A stretch of DNA of 57,676 nt from an uncultured virus (IMG/VR IMGVR_UViG_3300035210_000191). Lineage: Duplodnaviria > Heunggongvirae > Uroviricota > Caudoviricetes. The DNA lies in the IMG/VR virus record IMGVR_UViG_3300035210_000191. One strand, given 5' to 3'. Made by a program: the position numbers and the translations under genes. The notes under the pieces were generated by a model. That model had not been told where the DNA came from and did no database searches. It saw nothing but the letters and a program-made list of their open reading frames with translations. The stretch's first letter is position 1, and each line of letters starts with the position of its first letter. Below are positions 1 through 9,744 of the stretch, in pieces.

Positions 1-11
1 TGGAGCTTATT

Positions 12-809
12 ATGGAAAATTTTAGAAATGCTGTTTCTGGGGCATTTGATACCAGAACAACAAAAACAACATTTTTTGAATATGAGCAATATCCTATGAT
101 GGACACGCAAGTTCATATTTTGTTTAAAAAACATAAAAACCCCGTTAATATAGATAAAACATTTTTAAGTTTTGCTATTTCGCCGGGACAACCATTTTTC
201 CATTCAATTTGTCTCAAAGATCTTGCTTTTATAGATAAGTTTAATCAAATGTTTCAAATGCATAAAACATCAAGAGAAGATTTCGTCTTTATCAATGACT
301 ATCTTCATTCTTTTCATAAAAATGATAATTTTTCAAAATTATTGATAATGAATGATCATATCAAATCTCATGAGTTTTATACTTTCAAAAAATTATATAT
401 GTTAGAAAAAGACGAGACTAAATATGGTGTAACATCTTGTGTTCACACGTCTTACAGAAGTGTTGCACAATATGAATTTATTAAAAACTTTTCAATAACC
501 CGTGATGGAGCAATAGCCCTGTTTCCAACTGTTCATTTTTTTAAGCATGTTAATCCATTTTCATTATATTTTAGCCTGTCTGATAAAAAGGTATATAAAC
601 TTCCAGAAAGTTTAGCTGGCTTAGTGACGTTGGAAGATATTGTAGAAGCCAGCACCCTTTTTACACATCATGACATTGATGTTTTTACAGATGAAATATT
701 GATGATGTATGTGTGTAATCTTCATAATGGAGTTTATCAAGAATTTTTAGACATACCACAAGAAAATATTTCTGATAAGATAGATTTATTACTAATGACC
801 ACTATTTAA
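12..809 (+). CDS. hypothetical protein with shared C-terminal M-x-x-I motif
   Basis: 265-aa ORF, GGAG RBS at 2-5, ends DLLLMTTI. Confidence 0.75.
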   Translation: MENFRNAVSGAFDTRTTKTTFFEYEQYPMMDTQVHILFKKHKNPVNIDKTFLSFAISPGQPFFHSICLKDLAFIDKFNQMFQMHKTSREDFVFINDYLHSFHKNDNFSKLLIMNDHIKSHEFYTFKKLYMLEKDETKYGVTSCVHTSYRSVAQYEFIKNFSITRDGAIALFPTVHFFKHVNPFSLYFSLSDKKVYKLPESLAGLVTLEDIVEASTLFTHHDIDVFTDEILMMYVCNLHNGVYQEFLDIPQENISDKIDLLLMTTI

Positions 810-820
810 AAATCGTTTAC

Positions 821-857
821 AAAAAAGGCATTCTAATTATCTTAGGTGCCTTTTTTT
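821..857. terminator. bidirectional intrinsic terminator between convergent genes
   Basis: A-tract-GGCA...TGCC-T-tract inverted repeat. Confidence 0.65.
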
Positions 858-871
858 ATTTATTTTAAATA

Positions 872-1207
872 TTATTTGACATTTTTCTCTTTGGAACGTT
901 GGTAATTCATCATTCTTTTTTCCATTTGATAATACCAATGTCTACGTGGATATTGAGCTTTCACTTCGAGCCATGACTTATTGAAAAAGAAATCTAGTGT
1001 TGCTTGTGGTGTCTCCAATGTTACATATTTTGAACTGATGGATATTGATGAACATCCAAGTTCACCACGACTGTCCACAATCAATCCGTTCATATTACGC
1101 AGACGTGTAATCGTTAACAATTCATCGTGCATGAAAAAATCGCTGGATTGTTTAAACTTTGTATAGTAATCATACAATGACCACACATACCTTAATACAT
1201 TTAACAT
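872..1207 (-). CDS. hypothetical protein
   Basis: 111-aa ORF with AGGAG RBS. Confidence 0.7.
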   Translation of the reverse strand: MLNVLRYVWSLYDYYTKFKQSSDFFMHDELLTITRLRNMNGLIVDSRGELGCSSISISSKYVTLETPQATLDFFFNKSWLEVKAQYPRRHWYYQMEKRMMNYQRSKEKNVK

Positions 1208-1232
1208 GGTTATCTCCTGTTCAGCAATGTGG

Positions 1233-1829
1233 TTAAATTCTTGCCATCTTTAATAATTCAAAAGCCTGATCATCAAACTGGCTCATGTGCGTAATTTCTA
1301 AGCCAATGCTTTCCCTCAGCATTTCTTGAAATTGTGGATAGATTACGTTTTCATATAACTCTTTATAACTGTAAGCTGTATTTTTCATACCTAATGTACA
1401 TTCCATCATTGGCCCAATCGATATTTCTTTACAAAGGTTGGAATAAGATATGACTTCTTTTTGTTTAATTTCAGGTTCTTTTTTAATTTTCCTTTCTATA
1501 TAGGTCGCTTCAAAACCTTTGCTGAAAACATTAAAACCATAGTCTTTAGGTGTATACAAAAAGTAATCAAAATGAGCGTATATATTAAAAATTTCGATAA
1601 TTTTTTCTAAATATTCGTCGTTTTCATCTTCAAAAGCAATGTTAAAAAAGCTTTTGGCGGTGTGTTTATTGATGATAAAAAGACCTTTGTGTAATCTAAT
1701 ATAGGGTATGTCATTAAAATCAATAAGGACACCTTCCGGTGTACAATTTAATTCACCCGGATTTTTTATTTCTAGAAATTTTCTACTTTTTTCTTTTATT
1801 TTATCAAGTAGCTCTTCTTTGTTTAACAT
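1233..1829 (-). CDS. hypothetical protein with C-terminal M-x-x-I motif
   Basis: ORF 1233..1850, likely start MLNKEE; ends ELLKMARI. Confidence 0.7.
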   Translation of the reverse strand: MLNKEELLDKIKEKSRKFLEIKNPGELNCTPEGVLIDFNDIPYIRLHKGLFIINKHTAKSFFNIAFEDENDEYLEKIIEIFNIYAHFDYFLYTPKDYGFNVFSKGFEATYIERKIKKEPEIKQKEVISYSNLCKEISIGPMMECTLGMKNTAYSYKELYENVIYPQFQEMLRESIGLEITHMSQFDDQAFELLKMARI

Positions 1830-1992
1830 GCTCTCATTCCGCCTTTTCAATAATTATCAATAAATTTAAAGGAAATTATAACAAAATATGACAATGAGGT
1901 AAAGCATTATTTAAACACTATTTAAGTTGATTTACTGTTATGTTTTTGATACACTAGCAACCTACTTAAATGATGACTAAGGAAGCTTACAG

Positions 1993-2193
1993 ATGAAACA
2001 TACCTATCTATTTTGTGGCAAAATGTATTCAATTAGTGGCAATTTGTATAAGCTGGTATCTGTATTGAGTTATGGTTCTGGTTTGCTTCGTGGTGTTCAA
2101 CGTTATATTTTTGAACCTGAGAATAAAGCATTGCCTGTTCTTCGTGCTACTCGCTGGGCTGATGGTGAAATTGGGCGAATTTCCCGTTATTAA
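1993..2193 (+). CDS. small hypothetical protein
   Basis: 66 aa, TAAGGA RBS. Confidence 0.6.
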   Translation: MKHTYLFCGKMYSISGNLYKLVSVLSYGSGLLRGVQRYIFEPENKALPVLRATRWADGEIGRISRY

Positions 2194-2276
2194 AGATAAT
2201 ATGATGAAAATCATTGCTTTACAATACTTGCAAAATGTACTATAATTCACTCATTCATAACGCTTAGGAGCAATAA

Positions 2277-3161
2277 ATGTCTAAAGAAATTCGTTTCAAA
2301 ACAGAAATCAAAGATCTGAATCGTGAACTTCTTAAAAAAATTGAAAGCAAAGAAGCTCGCCGTCAAATTAAAGACAACTCGAAAGATTCCAATATTTTTG
2401 TCATTCGTTTTAATTCAGAAGACAAAGGAAATGCTTTTGAAAAATTGGAACGTGATGTGGACATGACTATTCTTAACTCAGAACGTAGTGATGCTGTCTA
2501 TATGATTATTAAAAGCCCCGGTGGTAGCGTAACTGCTTATGCTAACGCTGCACAGCAAATCAGTCGCCTTCGTGCCCACGGTTTGCATGTGACGGCTTTC
2601 GTAGATGAAGTGGCCGCAAGTGGTGGTTATATGATGGCTTCTGTGTGTGACCGTATTGTTGCTCAACCGTTTGCTTTTGTTGGCTCTATCGGCGTTGTTT
2701 CTCAAGTGCCTATCTTTGAAGAAGTTTTGAATAAAATTGGTGTGGATGTTCGAGTTTATACGGCTGGTGTTAATAAACGTTCAGTAGTTCCAACGAAAAC
2801 GCCAACTGAAGCTGACGAAACTGTTTTTAAACAAAAGCTTGTTGATATTCATACCGCGTTTAAAAATCATGTATTGAAATATCGTCCAATGATTAACCCT
2901 GAAAAGTTGATGGAAGGTGATTTCTACATGGCTCAAGATGTTTTAGCTGAAAAGCTGGTTGATGAAATTGGTGATAGCCGCACTGCCATTTTGAAGGCTT
3001 TTAAAGAAGGTGCTCAATTGTATCAAGTGAATACTGATGTAAAAGCGAAAAGTGGTGGTCTGGCGGGTTTGGTGGGTCTTGATGCTATTCTCGAAACATC
3101 CATCGGTAAAGCCATTGATAAACTGTTCTCAATGTCTCAACCAAATGAAAGCATTCGCTAA
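2277..3161 (+). CDS. sohB: S49 family serine peptidase (SohB/SppA-like), no N-terminal TM anchor
   Basis: motifs SPGGSV, VDEVAASGGYMMA, GSIGVV; AGGAG RBS. Confidence 0.85.
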   Translation: MSKEIRFKTEIKDLNRELLKKIESKEARRQIKDNSKDSNIFVIRFNSEDKGNAFEKLERDVDMTILNSERSDAVYMIIKSPGGSVTAYANAAQQISRLRAHGLHVTAFVDEVAASGGYMMASVCDRIVAQPFAFVGSIGVVSQVPIFEEVLNKIGVDVRVYTAGVNKRSVVPTKTPTEADETVFKQKLVDIHTAFKNHVLKYRPMINPEKLMEGDFYMAQDVLAEKLVDEIGDSRTAILKAFKEGAQLYQVNTDVKAKSGGLAGLVGLDAILETSIGKAIDKLFSMSQPNESIR

Positions 3162-3175
3162 GAAGTTTTCAACTT

Positions 3176-3203
3176 AAAATATCTCTTCGGAGATATTTTT
3201 TTT
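3176..3203 (+). terminator. intrinsic terminator, C(UUCG)G loop
   Basis: AAAATATCTC-TTCG-GAGATATTTT plus T-tract. Confidence 0.85.
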
Positions 3204-3227
3204 ATTGATATATTTAAGGAGATTTAA

Positions 3228-3926
3228 ATGACAGAAAAAACTAACATAGATATTATTAAAGATCATCTTTTAAACAGTCTTTCAGAATTAGCAGAAGAAG
3301 ATTTTTTGTATTTTGAACGCTCATTTGAATTGGGAGAATACGTTAACAAATATGCGTTCCCTACATTGAAATATTATTTTGATGAATCCAATTGTCATAT
3401 TTATCTTATTGGACTTAATGATCGTAGATATTTCATTGGTTACTACAGTGATGATAGAGGTCAATTATCAGTTTATGTTCCGATTGGATTCATCAACAGA
3501 AGCACAATTAACACTATCAATCTATCTGGGGTAACGCCAAGTGCTGAGACGATGATTTTGAAAAATCTTATTTATTTAGATCGATCATCTTATTATTTCA
3601 AAGGTTTTGAGGTTTTAAATTCGTCGTCGTTCAAATTTTCAGATAAAAATGCTTTACGGTTTGGTTCTCATTTTGTTAAGTATCAAAGTACGTTTGTTAT
3701 CTCAAAAAAAGATCAAACTGTGTGTTTTCAACATAACCAGATGCTGTATGCTAAAACGTTAACAGGTGAACGTTATGTCAGCTCTATAATGAGTCGTAGT
3801 TTTAGAACTGAACTGGACAAATATTTAAGCTCTTTTACTTTGTCTTTGTTTGACAAAATGTTTAATAAATTGAACAAAAAGGAACTTTTACTTTTAAAGA
3901 TGTATAATATTGGAAACACTTTATAG
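3228..3926 (+). CDS. hypothetical protein with near-terminal M-x-x-I motif
   Basis: 232 aa, RBS AAGGAG; ends KKELLLLKMYNIGNTL. Confidence 0.75.
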   Translation: MTEKTNIDIIKDHLLNSLSELAEEDFLYFERSFELGEYVNKYAFPTLKYYFDESNCHIYLIGLNDRRYFIGYYSDDRGQLSVYVPIGFINRSTINTINLSGVTPSAETMILKNLIYLDRSSYYFKGFEVLNSSSFKFSDKNALRFGSHFVKYQSTFVISKKDQTVCFQHNQMLYAKTLTGERYVSSIMSRSFRTELDKYLSSFTLSLFDKMFNKLNKKELLLLKMYNIGNTL

Positions 3927-3989
3927 TTTAATAACTTATTAATTTTTTTCTTATTGTATGTTATAATGATAAAAAACCACGATTTATTT

Positions 3990-5900
3990 ATGTTAACCAA
4001 AGAAGAAATAGAAATTTTAAGCGACTCTTATGCTAATAGCTATGATAGTTATGAAGACTTCGCATTCCATAATAATTTTAGAAATAAGACGGCTGATCGG
4101 GCTGAACATAAATATAATGCTCGTTTTGATAGTTATTTTTTTAAGCTTGATTCCATGTATAATAAATTGACAGGTCAGGCATATATCGTCTCTCAACAAA
4201 TGAATGAATTTAAAAAAATACATTCTGTCATTGATTTCAATGATTATAAATCCGTTCAAGATTTCTTATTTAGAACAAACTCAATGAAAGACATTATACG
4301 AACATTAAACAGATTAAAACCTGCCAATATTATTGAAGATCTTTCTGTTAACTTTAATGGTTGGGCAGCAATTGCAGAAGAACAAGGTGTCGATATTTCT
4401 CAACAATTAAATAAAATTGAAACATTATGTACAGAACTTTGTGCAGAAGACATCATCTCTCCCATTTTAAGTAAACTTGAAAAAGCTCAACGCCTTTTAA
4501 GTGATGTTAATTATGATAGCCGTCTTGTCAATTCATCTAACCCTACTGATCTAGAAAAATCGACCTATATGGAAAGTTGTTTTAATTTAAAAAGACATGT
4601 TACTTTTTTTGAAAAATATTTTAATCAAGAGAATGTTTTAAATACACTCATTAAAGATAGTAAAGTTTTTGAATATATTGATCAATATAAAGCAATAAGA
4701 AAAGAGATAGTCGATACATTAATAAAAAATAAACCTGAATTTTCTTATTCATGTGCTCATAAATTTGTGACCTTATTAAATAATGCTGGGGCTGTTGAAC
4801 TTATGCTTTTAGACCGTTCCAATACTGATTTGGATTCAGTTCATCGTATTCGCAATACCATTAAAATAGATGATAAAAATTCACAGGTGAGTCAAATTAA
4901 TCTCTTTAATGATAACAGTATTGCTATTAAAAAATCGTCTGGTGATTGGATAAATCTTAACTCAAAAGAATTAAAAGATTCATTTATTGAAAACTTTATG
5001 TACAAAGAATTATTCAATAAATTAAAAAGAAGTCCTACTATTGCAAAAATGTTTGTGACTAAGCTTAAAGAAGATTTTGATGAGTGTAGACATGCATTTG
5101 TTGCCGCAAATACTTATCTTGAGTATGAAGCTATTTTAAAATCAAAAGACTATAATCTACTTGAAGAAATAGATGATTCATTATTTGAATCCTTAGATGA
5201 CTCAATGAATGCTTATGTGCGTAAACATAAAATAGAGCAATATGGTTTAAGTATATCCAGCAAAAAATATCAACATCTTTATGATGAGGATGTCTTTAAA
5301 ACATTAGAACTCTTATATGATTTAAAAATACCATCGAGTGAACTACAAGACAGTTTAGGTAAAAAACTGGCATCCTTTAAAACCAGTGAAGACTTTAATA
5401 AAGGATTAAAACAACTGTACTCCATTCATAGTGGATTTAATACCGAAGCCATTATTAAAAAAGCTAATGCTGTTAATGCAGAAGTCATTAAAAATGATAA
5501 CAACTTGATTATTTTAAAAATAGAGAACTTTCAACAAAGCTCAGCGGTTGGTAGCACTTCTTGGTGTATCGTTCGAGATGAGGTTCATTTTAAAAGTTAT
5601 AAAGAAGATTGTCAGCAATATTTCATTTATGATCTCAATAAAGATCCTGCTGATAACCATTCGATTATTGGTGTTACATTGTATAAGGATGGATCTCACA
5701 GTGCAGCTCACTTAAAAAATGATAATCAACTTTATAATGATGAAAATGAGTTTAAAACATTACAATTAGAGATTATTAAACATGATTTAAAAAGTTATCC
5801 GGCATTAAACGAAGAGTTAAAGTCAAAAATTAATGCTGATGCTGATCCCAAGAAACAAAGCTTATTAAAAAACATTGCAACAAAATTATTTAATCGTTAA
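3990..5900 (+). CDS. large hypothetical protein, C-terminal GSTSWCI domain (possibly PcfJ-like)
   Basis: long ORF (3954..5900), start uncertain; WC motif only weakly suggestive. Confidence 0.7.
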   Translation: MLTKEEIEILSDSYANSYDSYEDFAFHNNFRNKTADRAEHKYNARFDSYFFKLDSMYNKLTGQAYIVSQQMNEFKKIHSVIDFNDYKSVQDFLFRTNSMKDIIRTLNRLKPANIIEDLSVNFNGWAAIAEEQGVDISQQLNKIETLCTELCAEDIISPILSKLEKAQRLLSDVNYDSRLVNSSNPTDLEKSTYMESCFNLKRHVTFFEKYFNQENVLNTLIKDSKVFEYIDQYKAIRKEIVDTLIKNKPEFSYSCAHKFVTLLNNAGAVELMLLDRSNTDLDSVHRIRNTIKIDDKNSQVSQINLFNDNSIAIKKSSGDWINLNSKELKDSFIENFMYKELFNKLKRSPTIAKMFVTKLKEDFDECRHAFVAANTYLEYEAILKSKDYNLLEEIDDSLFESLDDSMNAYVRKHKIEQYGLSISSKKYQHLYDEDVFKTLELLYDLKIPSSELQDSLGKKLASFKTSEDFNKGLKQLYSIHSGFNTEAIIKKANAVNAEVIKNDNNLIILKIENFQQSSAVGSTSWCIVRDEVHFKSYKEDCQQYFIYDLNKDPADNHSIIGVTLYKDGSHSAAHLKNDNQLYNDENEFKTLQLEIIKHDLKSYPALNEELKSKINADADPKKQSLLKNIATKLFNR

Positions 5901-5912
5901 AAAAAAGACTCT

Positions 5913-6989
5913 TCATAGAGTCTTTTTGTTTCTTCTTTTATGGGTTGATTTATCTTTCTGACCACTGCCTTTTAATTTATAATAGGTTTGATCGGCTATA
6001 CTTATTTCTTCTATCTGTGATGGATATTCTTTTTTTATCTTTGCCCACAACCCTTTTGCACTGGGTGATTGGAGTGATGAACTTCTAAACATAATATTCT
6101 TATTGTCATAGTGTTGAGCTATTTTAAAATACATTTGTGTACCTAAGCCTCTACCTTTATACTGTTCACTTATTTTTGAATAATCAACGGTAGCAATGTC
6201 ATTAAAAACTTTCAATTCTCTTTGTATTTTTTTATAGTTATCTTGTAATTGAGTTTTGGTTAAATTAAAAACAATATCATGATTTAATTCTGTATGGTCT
6301 ATACCTTTCTCTTTTAAATATTCCATTTTATGTTCTGGTGTGAGGTTCTTGTCTTTTTGAATGGTATAATCTTTTCCCAATAATTCTTGAACAATTAAAT
6401 CGCTTGTGTATTTTGTTTTTAAATACCCTACTTGAATATTATCTTTGTATATTCTTAATTCATCCAGTAATAGGTATGAAGTTAATGTCAGGTCACTGTT
6501 TTCAATAATCTTATATTGAAATACTTCGCCTTCTTTTGAATAGATAACACCTTCATCTTTAAGGTTACAAAAATGAGTCATAAGGCTGCTGGCTTCATTC
6601 ACCTTCTCATTATTCAATGGGCCAAACTCTTTTTTGAATTGTTCTTCATTAAGTCGTGTAAATATAACATCAGTTAATTCGTCCTTTTTATATCTATAAT
6701 CAGGATTGATAAGGTGAGCATTTCCAAGTGTTGATTTGGCACCAGCTATTTCAATGAACTTATATCCCATTTTTTGAGTGTCTAGATCAGACATATAAGT
6801 TTGTCTAATAATTGCCTTTTTACATGCGGCTCCATTATGATTACAGGTTACCATACCAAGTTCAACTTGCTCAATATCCTTGGTTTTCTGGTAATAAGCC
6901 ATAGCAAATTCAGCATCATATATTTCAGTAAATTCTTTTTTTATAGCTTCATGGATAAAATCTTTTTTAAAATACATATTAAAATACAT
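5913..6989 (-). CDS. protein with C-terminal GNAT-like acetyltransferase fold
   Basis: acetyl-CoA motif A-like ISEQYKGRGLGTQMY and SPSAKGLW. Confidence 0.6.
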   Translation of the reverse strand: MYFNMYFKKDFIHEAIKKEFTEIYDAEFAMAYYQKTKDIEQVELGMVTCNHNGAACKKAIIRQTYMSDLDTQKMGYKFIEIAGAKSTLGNAHLINPDYRYKKDELTDVIFTRLNEEQFKKEFGPLNNEKVNEASSLMTHFCNLKDEGVIYSKEGEVFQYKIIENSDLTLTSYLLLDELRIYKDNIQVGYLKTKYTSDLIVQELLGKDYTIQKDKNLTPEHKMEYLKEKGIDHTELNHDIVFNLTKTQLQDNYKKIQRELKVFNDIATVDYSKISEQYKGRGLGTQMYFKIAQHYDNKNIMFRSSSLQSPSAKGLWAKIKKEYPSQIEEISIADQTYYKLKGSGQKDKSTHKRRNKKTL

Positions 6990-7103
6990 AGTTGTTAGTT
7001 CTATTGTATCATAATATATTTTACTTTAAATGTTCCTAGTAACTCTTTTAATCTTGCTTTTTTAATGTATGCTTAAAGATTAATTAACTAAAAGGGTATT
7101 ATT

Positions 7104-7499
7104 ATGACAGATAAAAAAGAATATGTTCTCGCGGTAGCTTTCAGTGCTGATAAAAGTAAGATATTACTCATACGCAAATTAACCCCAGAATGGCAACGTG
7201 GTTTGTTGAACGGACCCGGTGGAAAAATTGAAATGGGTGAAACTCCACTTCAAGCCATGATTCGTGAATTTAAAGAAGAAACAGGTGTTGAGACAACCGA
7301 AGAACACTGGTCAGGTTTAGGAGCCATTGAAAGTGATGTGTTTAAAGTTTTTGTGTTTAGCATGTTTGACGATATCATTTATCAAGCAAAAACTGTAGAA
7401 AAAGAAGTCGTTGATATCTTTAATGTGGATATAGATATGTTGGAAAAATGTGGCGTAGATAACCTTTATAAAATAGTAGAATTAGCACTTACTCAATAA
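7104..7499 (+). CDS. Nudix hydrolase
   Basis: Nudix box GGKIEMGETPLQAMIREFKEETGV. Confidence 0.92.
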   Translation: MTDKKEYVLAVAFSADKSKILLIRKLTPEWQRGLLNGPGGKIEMGETPLQAMIREFKEETGVETTEEHWSGLGAIESDVFKVFVFSMFDDIIYQAKTVEKEVVDIFNVDIDMLEKCGVDNLYKIVELALTQ

Positions 7500-7521
7500 T
7501 TCCAACCGATTTGAAAACAGA

Positions 7522-7547
7522 AGACACTTCGGTGTCTCTTTTTTTTT
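7522..7547 (+). terminator. intrinsic terminator, C(UUCG)G loop
   Basis: AGACAC-TTCG-GTGTCT plus T-tract. Confidence 0.8.
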
Positions 7548-7593
7548 GTGTATTCTTGTGTTAAACTGTATGAATAAACAAATGGTAGTTGTT

Positions 7594-8175
7594 ATGCTTG
7601 ATGTCATAGAAGATAAAGAATTAAATGCACTTAACCAGAAAGGTTTGGATGATTTGGCTGTATTGAGACAAGTCTTTAATGTTAATGAATTGATGCAACA
7701 TTCAAAAAGTGATCATATTAAAAATTATTTTCAAAACTATTACAATGATTTACAGGTGGTCGTTTTAAGACGTGATTTTATAGATCTCTATCCAAAGATT
7801 AAACAAATAGAAACAGAGTGGAAAAATGACCTTCCAACGCTTAATACAAGCAATCTGGCGATTTCAGACAACCAGATAGAAGCTATGTTATCTCACCGTA
7901 AAAACAAGACCGTTGATGAGTTCCATTCATCCATGAAAGAAATTGGCAGTTATCTTTCTAACGATACATTAAAGAACATCGAAAAGAATAAAATCAGCCA
8001 GAATGAATTTGTGAATCAAAAGACCGTCTACAATGTGATTGCTTCCGAGACTTTGAAAAATAATAGTCATTTGTTTAAGCTTGATATTATGAGTAATTAT
8101 ACAATCGGTAGTAACGATATTTTTAAATCCGACACAGTAAAACCAGTGAAACAATGGAAACCATCACATAATTAA
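7594..8175 (+). CDS. hypothetical protein
   Basis: ORF 7546..8175, start uncertain. Confidence 0.65.
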   Translation: MLDVIEDKELNALNQKGLDDLAVLRQVFNVNELMQHSKSDHIKNYFQNYYNDLQVVVLRRDFIDLYPKIKQIETEWKNDLPTLNTSNLAISDNQIEAMLSHRKNKTVDEFHSSMKEIGSYLSNDTLKNIEKNKISQNEFVNQKTVYNVIASETLKNNSHLFKLDIMSNYTIGSNDIFKSDTVKPVKQWKPSHN

Positions 8176-8186
8176 GCAAGATTTTC

Positions 8187-8215
8187 TTGCTTTCTTTTTG
8201 TTTTTTTGATAGAAT
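8187..8215 (+). promoter_or_regulatory. sigma70-like promoter for leader/tyrS
   Basis: TTGCTT-17 nt-TAGAAT. Confidence 0.6.
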
Positions 8216-8253
8216 AGCCATATTAAACGAAACGCAATCAAAGGAACTACATC

Positions 8254-8307
8254 ATGAACGCTTCAAACACATTTCACTTTCAAAAGTCTTTCACTGTTCG
8301 ATATTGA
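8254..8307 (+). CDS. putative 17-aa leader peptide MNASNTFHFQKSFTVRY upstream of tyrS
   Basis: AAGGA RBS, ATG..TGA, followed by hairpin ATGCTTCT-GTT-AGAGGCAT. Confidence 0.45.
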   Translation: MNASNTFHFQKSFTVRY

Positions 8308-8403
8308 ACTTCTCCGCTCTATGCTTCTGTTAGAGGCATTATCTATTTAACTAAAAAATCAGCTACACACAAACACAATTAAATTTTCGTGGAGAAAAAT
8401 ATT

Positions 8404-9663
8404 ATGAACGCATTTATTCAAGAACTCAAACAACGTGGCCTCGTTTCTCAGATGACAGACGAAAGCAAAATTTCAGACCTTATGGATAATGGTTTGTCCC
8501 TATACTGCGGATTTGACCCAACAGCAGAGTCTTTGCATGTGGGTAGTCTTTTGCCATTGATTACTATGCTTCGCTTTAAGAAAGCAGGTCATACTGTGTT
8601 CCCATTGATTGGTGGTGCTACCGGCATGATTGGTGACCCTAGCTTTAAAGCACAAGAACGTACTTTGAATGACGCGGAAACCGTTAATCGTTTCAAAGCA
8701 GGTATTGCTGGTCAAATCAAACATATTCTGGGTGATGTAGAACTTGTTGATAACCATGATTGGACTGTTAACCTTTCAGTTATTGATTTCCTTCGTGATG
8801 TGGGTAAGCATTTCTCTGTGAATGCTATGATGAGTAAAGATTCGGTGCGTAGCCGCTTGGATCGTGATGATCAAGGTATTTCTTTTACTGAGTTCTCATA
8901 CCAGCTCCTGCAGTCAATGGACTTCCATCACTTGATGAAAGAGAAAAATTGCCGTCTTCAATTGGGTGGTAGCGATCAGTGGGGTAACATCACTGCGGGT
9001 ATTGACCTTATCCATCGTAAAGAAGGTAATGATGTCGTAGCCACTGGGTTGACGATTCCCTTGCTGACCAAAGCGGATGGCACGAAGTTTGGTAAAAGTG
9101 AAAGCGGTGCGGTTTGGTTATCCTCAGAAATGACCAGTCCTTTTGATTTCTTCCAGTTTTGGTTGAAAGTAGCCGATGCGGATATTCCGAAGTTCTTCAA
9201 AATGCTGTCCTTTAAGTCTATTGAAGAAATTGACGCTATCCTTGAAGCTGATAAAGAACGCACTAAACCGATGGCTCAACAGCTTTTGGCAGAGGAATTA
9301 ACTGCTATTGTTCATGGTCAAGCAGCACTTGATTCGGTATTGCGTAACATCAAAGCTTTGTTTGATAACAACTTTGATAGCTTGCAAGAAGATGATTTTG
9401 TCAACCTTGAAAAGAACGGCATGGTTGCTGTTGTTCCTGAGACATTGAATGTGCTTGATTTGATGGTCGCAACTGGTTTGTCTAAGTCGAAACGACAAGG
9501 CCGAGAGTTTATCCAGAGTGGTGCGGTTCAAGTAAACGGTAACAAGTTGGTAGTCAGCGAGGATGATATGAACGCTCTTGAAATTACAGATTTCAAGTTT
9601 GGTAAATTCGCTGTCTTTCAACGTGGCAAACGAGAGTTCAGATTGATTAAAAAGCCCGCCTAG
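8404..9663 (+). CDS. tyrS: tyrosine--tRNA ligase
   Basis: YCGFDPTAESLHVGS (HIGH-like), QLGGSDQWGNI, KFGKS (KMSKS-like), C-terminal S4-like domain; GGAG RBS. Confidence 0.97.
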   Translation: MNAFIQELKQRGLVSQMTDESKISDLMDNGLSLYCGFDPTAESLHVGSLLPLITMLRFKKAGHTVFPLIGGATGMIGDPSFKAQERTLNDAETVNRFKAGIAGQIKHILGDVELVDNHDWTVNLSVIDFLRDVGKHFSVNAMMSKDSVRSRLDRDDQGISFTEFSYQLLQSMDFHHLMKEKNCRLQLGGSDQWGNITAGIDLIHRKEGNDVVATGLTIPLLTKADGTKFGKSESGAVWLSSEMTSPFDFFQFWLKVADADIPKFFKMLSFKSIEEIDAILEADKERTKPMAQQLLAEELTAIVHGQAALDSVLRNIKALFDNNFDSLQEDDFVNLEKNGMVAVVPETLNVLDLMVATGLSKSKRQGREFIQSGAVQVNGNKLVVSEDDMNALEITDFKFGKFAVFQRGKREFRLIKKPA

Positions 9664-9677
9664 TGCGGGTTTTTTAT
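9650..9677 (+). terminator. intrinsic terminator overlapping tyrS stop
   Basis: GCCCGC-CTAGT-GCGGGT plus T-tract. Confidence 0.8.
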
Positions 9678-9744
9678 TGAATATTTAAATTTTACAAATA
9701 AAAAAACCGCTTTAAGCGGTCTTTTTTGTTTTAGTCGTTTTTTA

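Noticed and set aside
8216..8403. T-box riboswitch upstream of tyrS
   Set aside because: No T-box GGTGG-NACC antiterminator motif or specifier stem is visible.
8500..9621. Antisense ORFs within tyrS and other enzymes
   Set aside because: Shadow ORFs lacking RBS or motifs, opposite well-supported genes.
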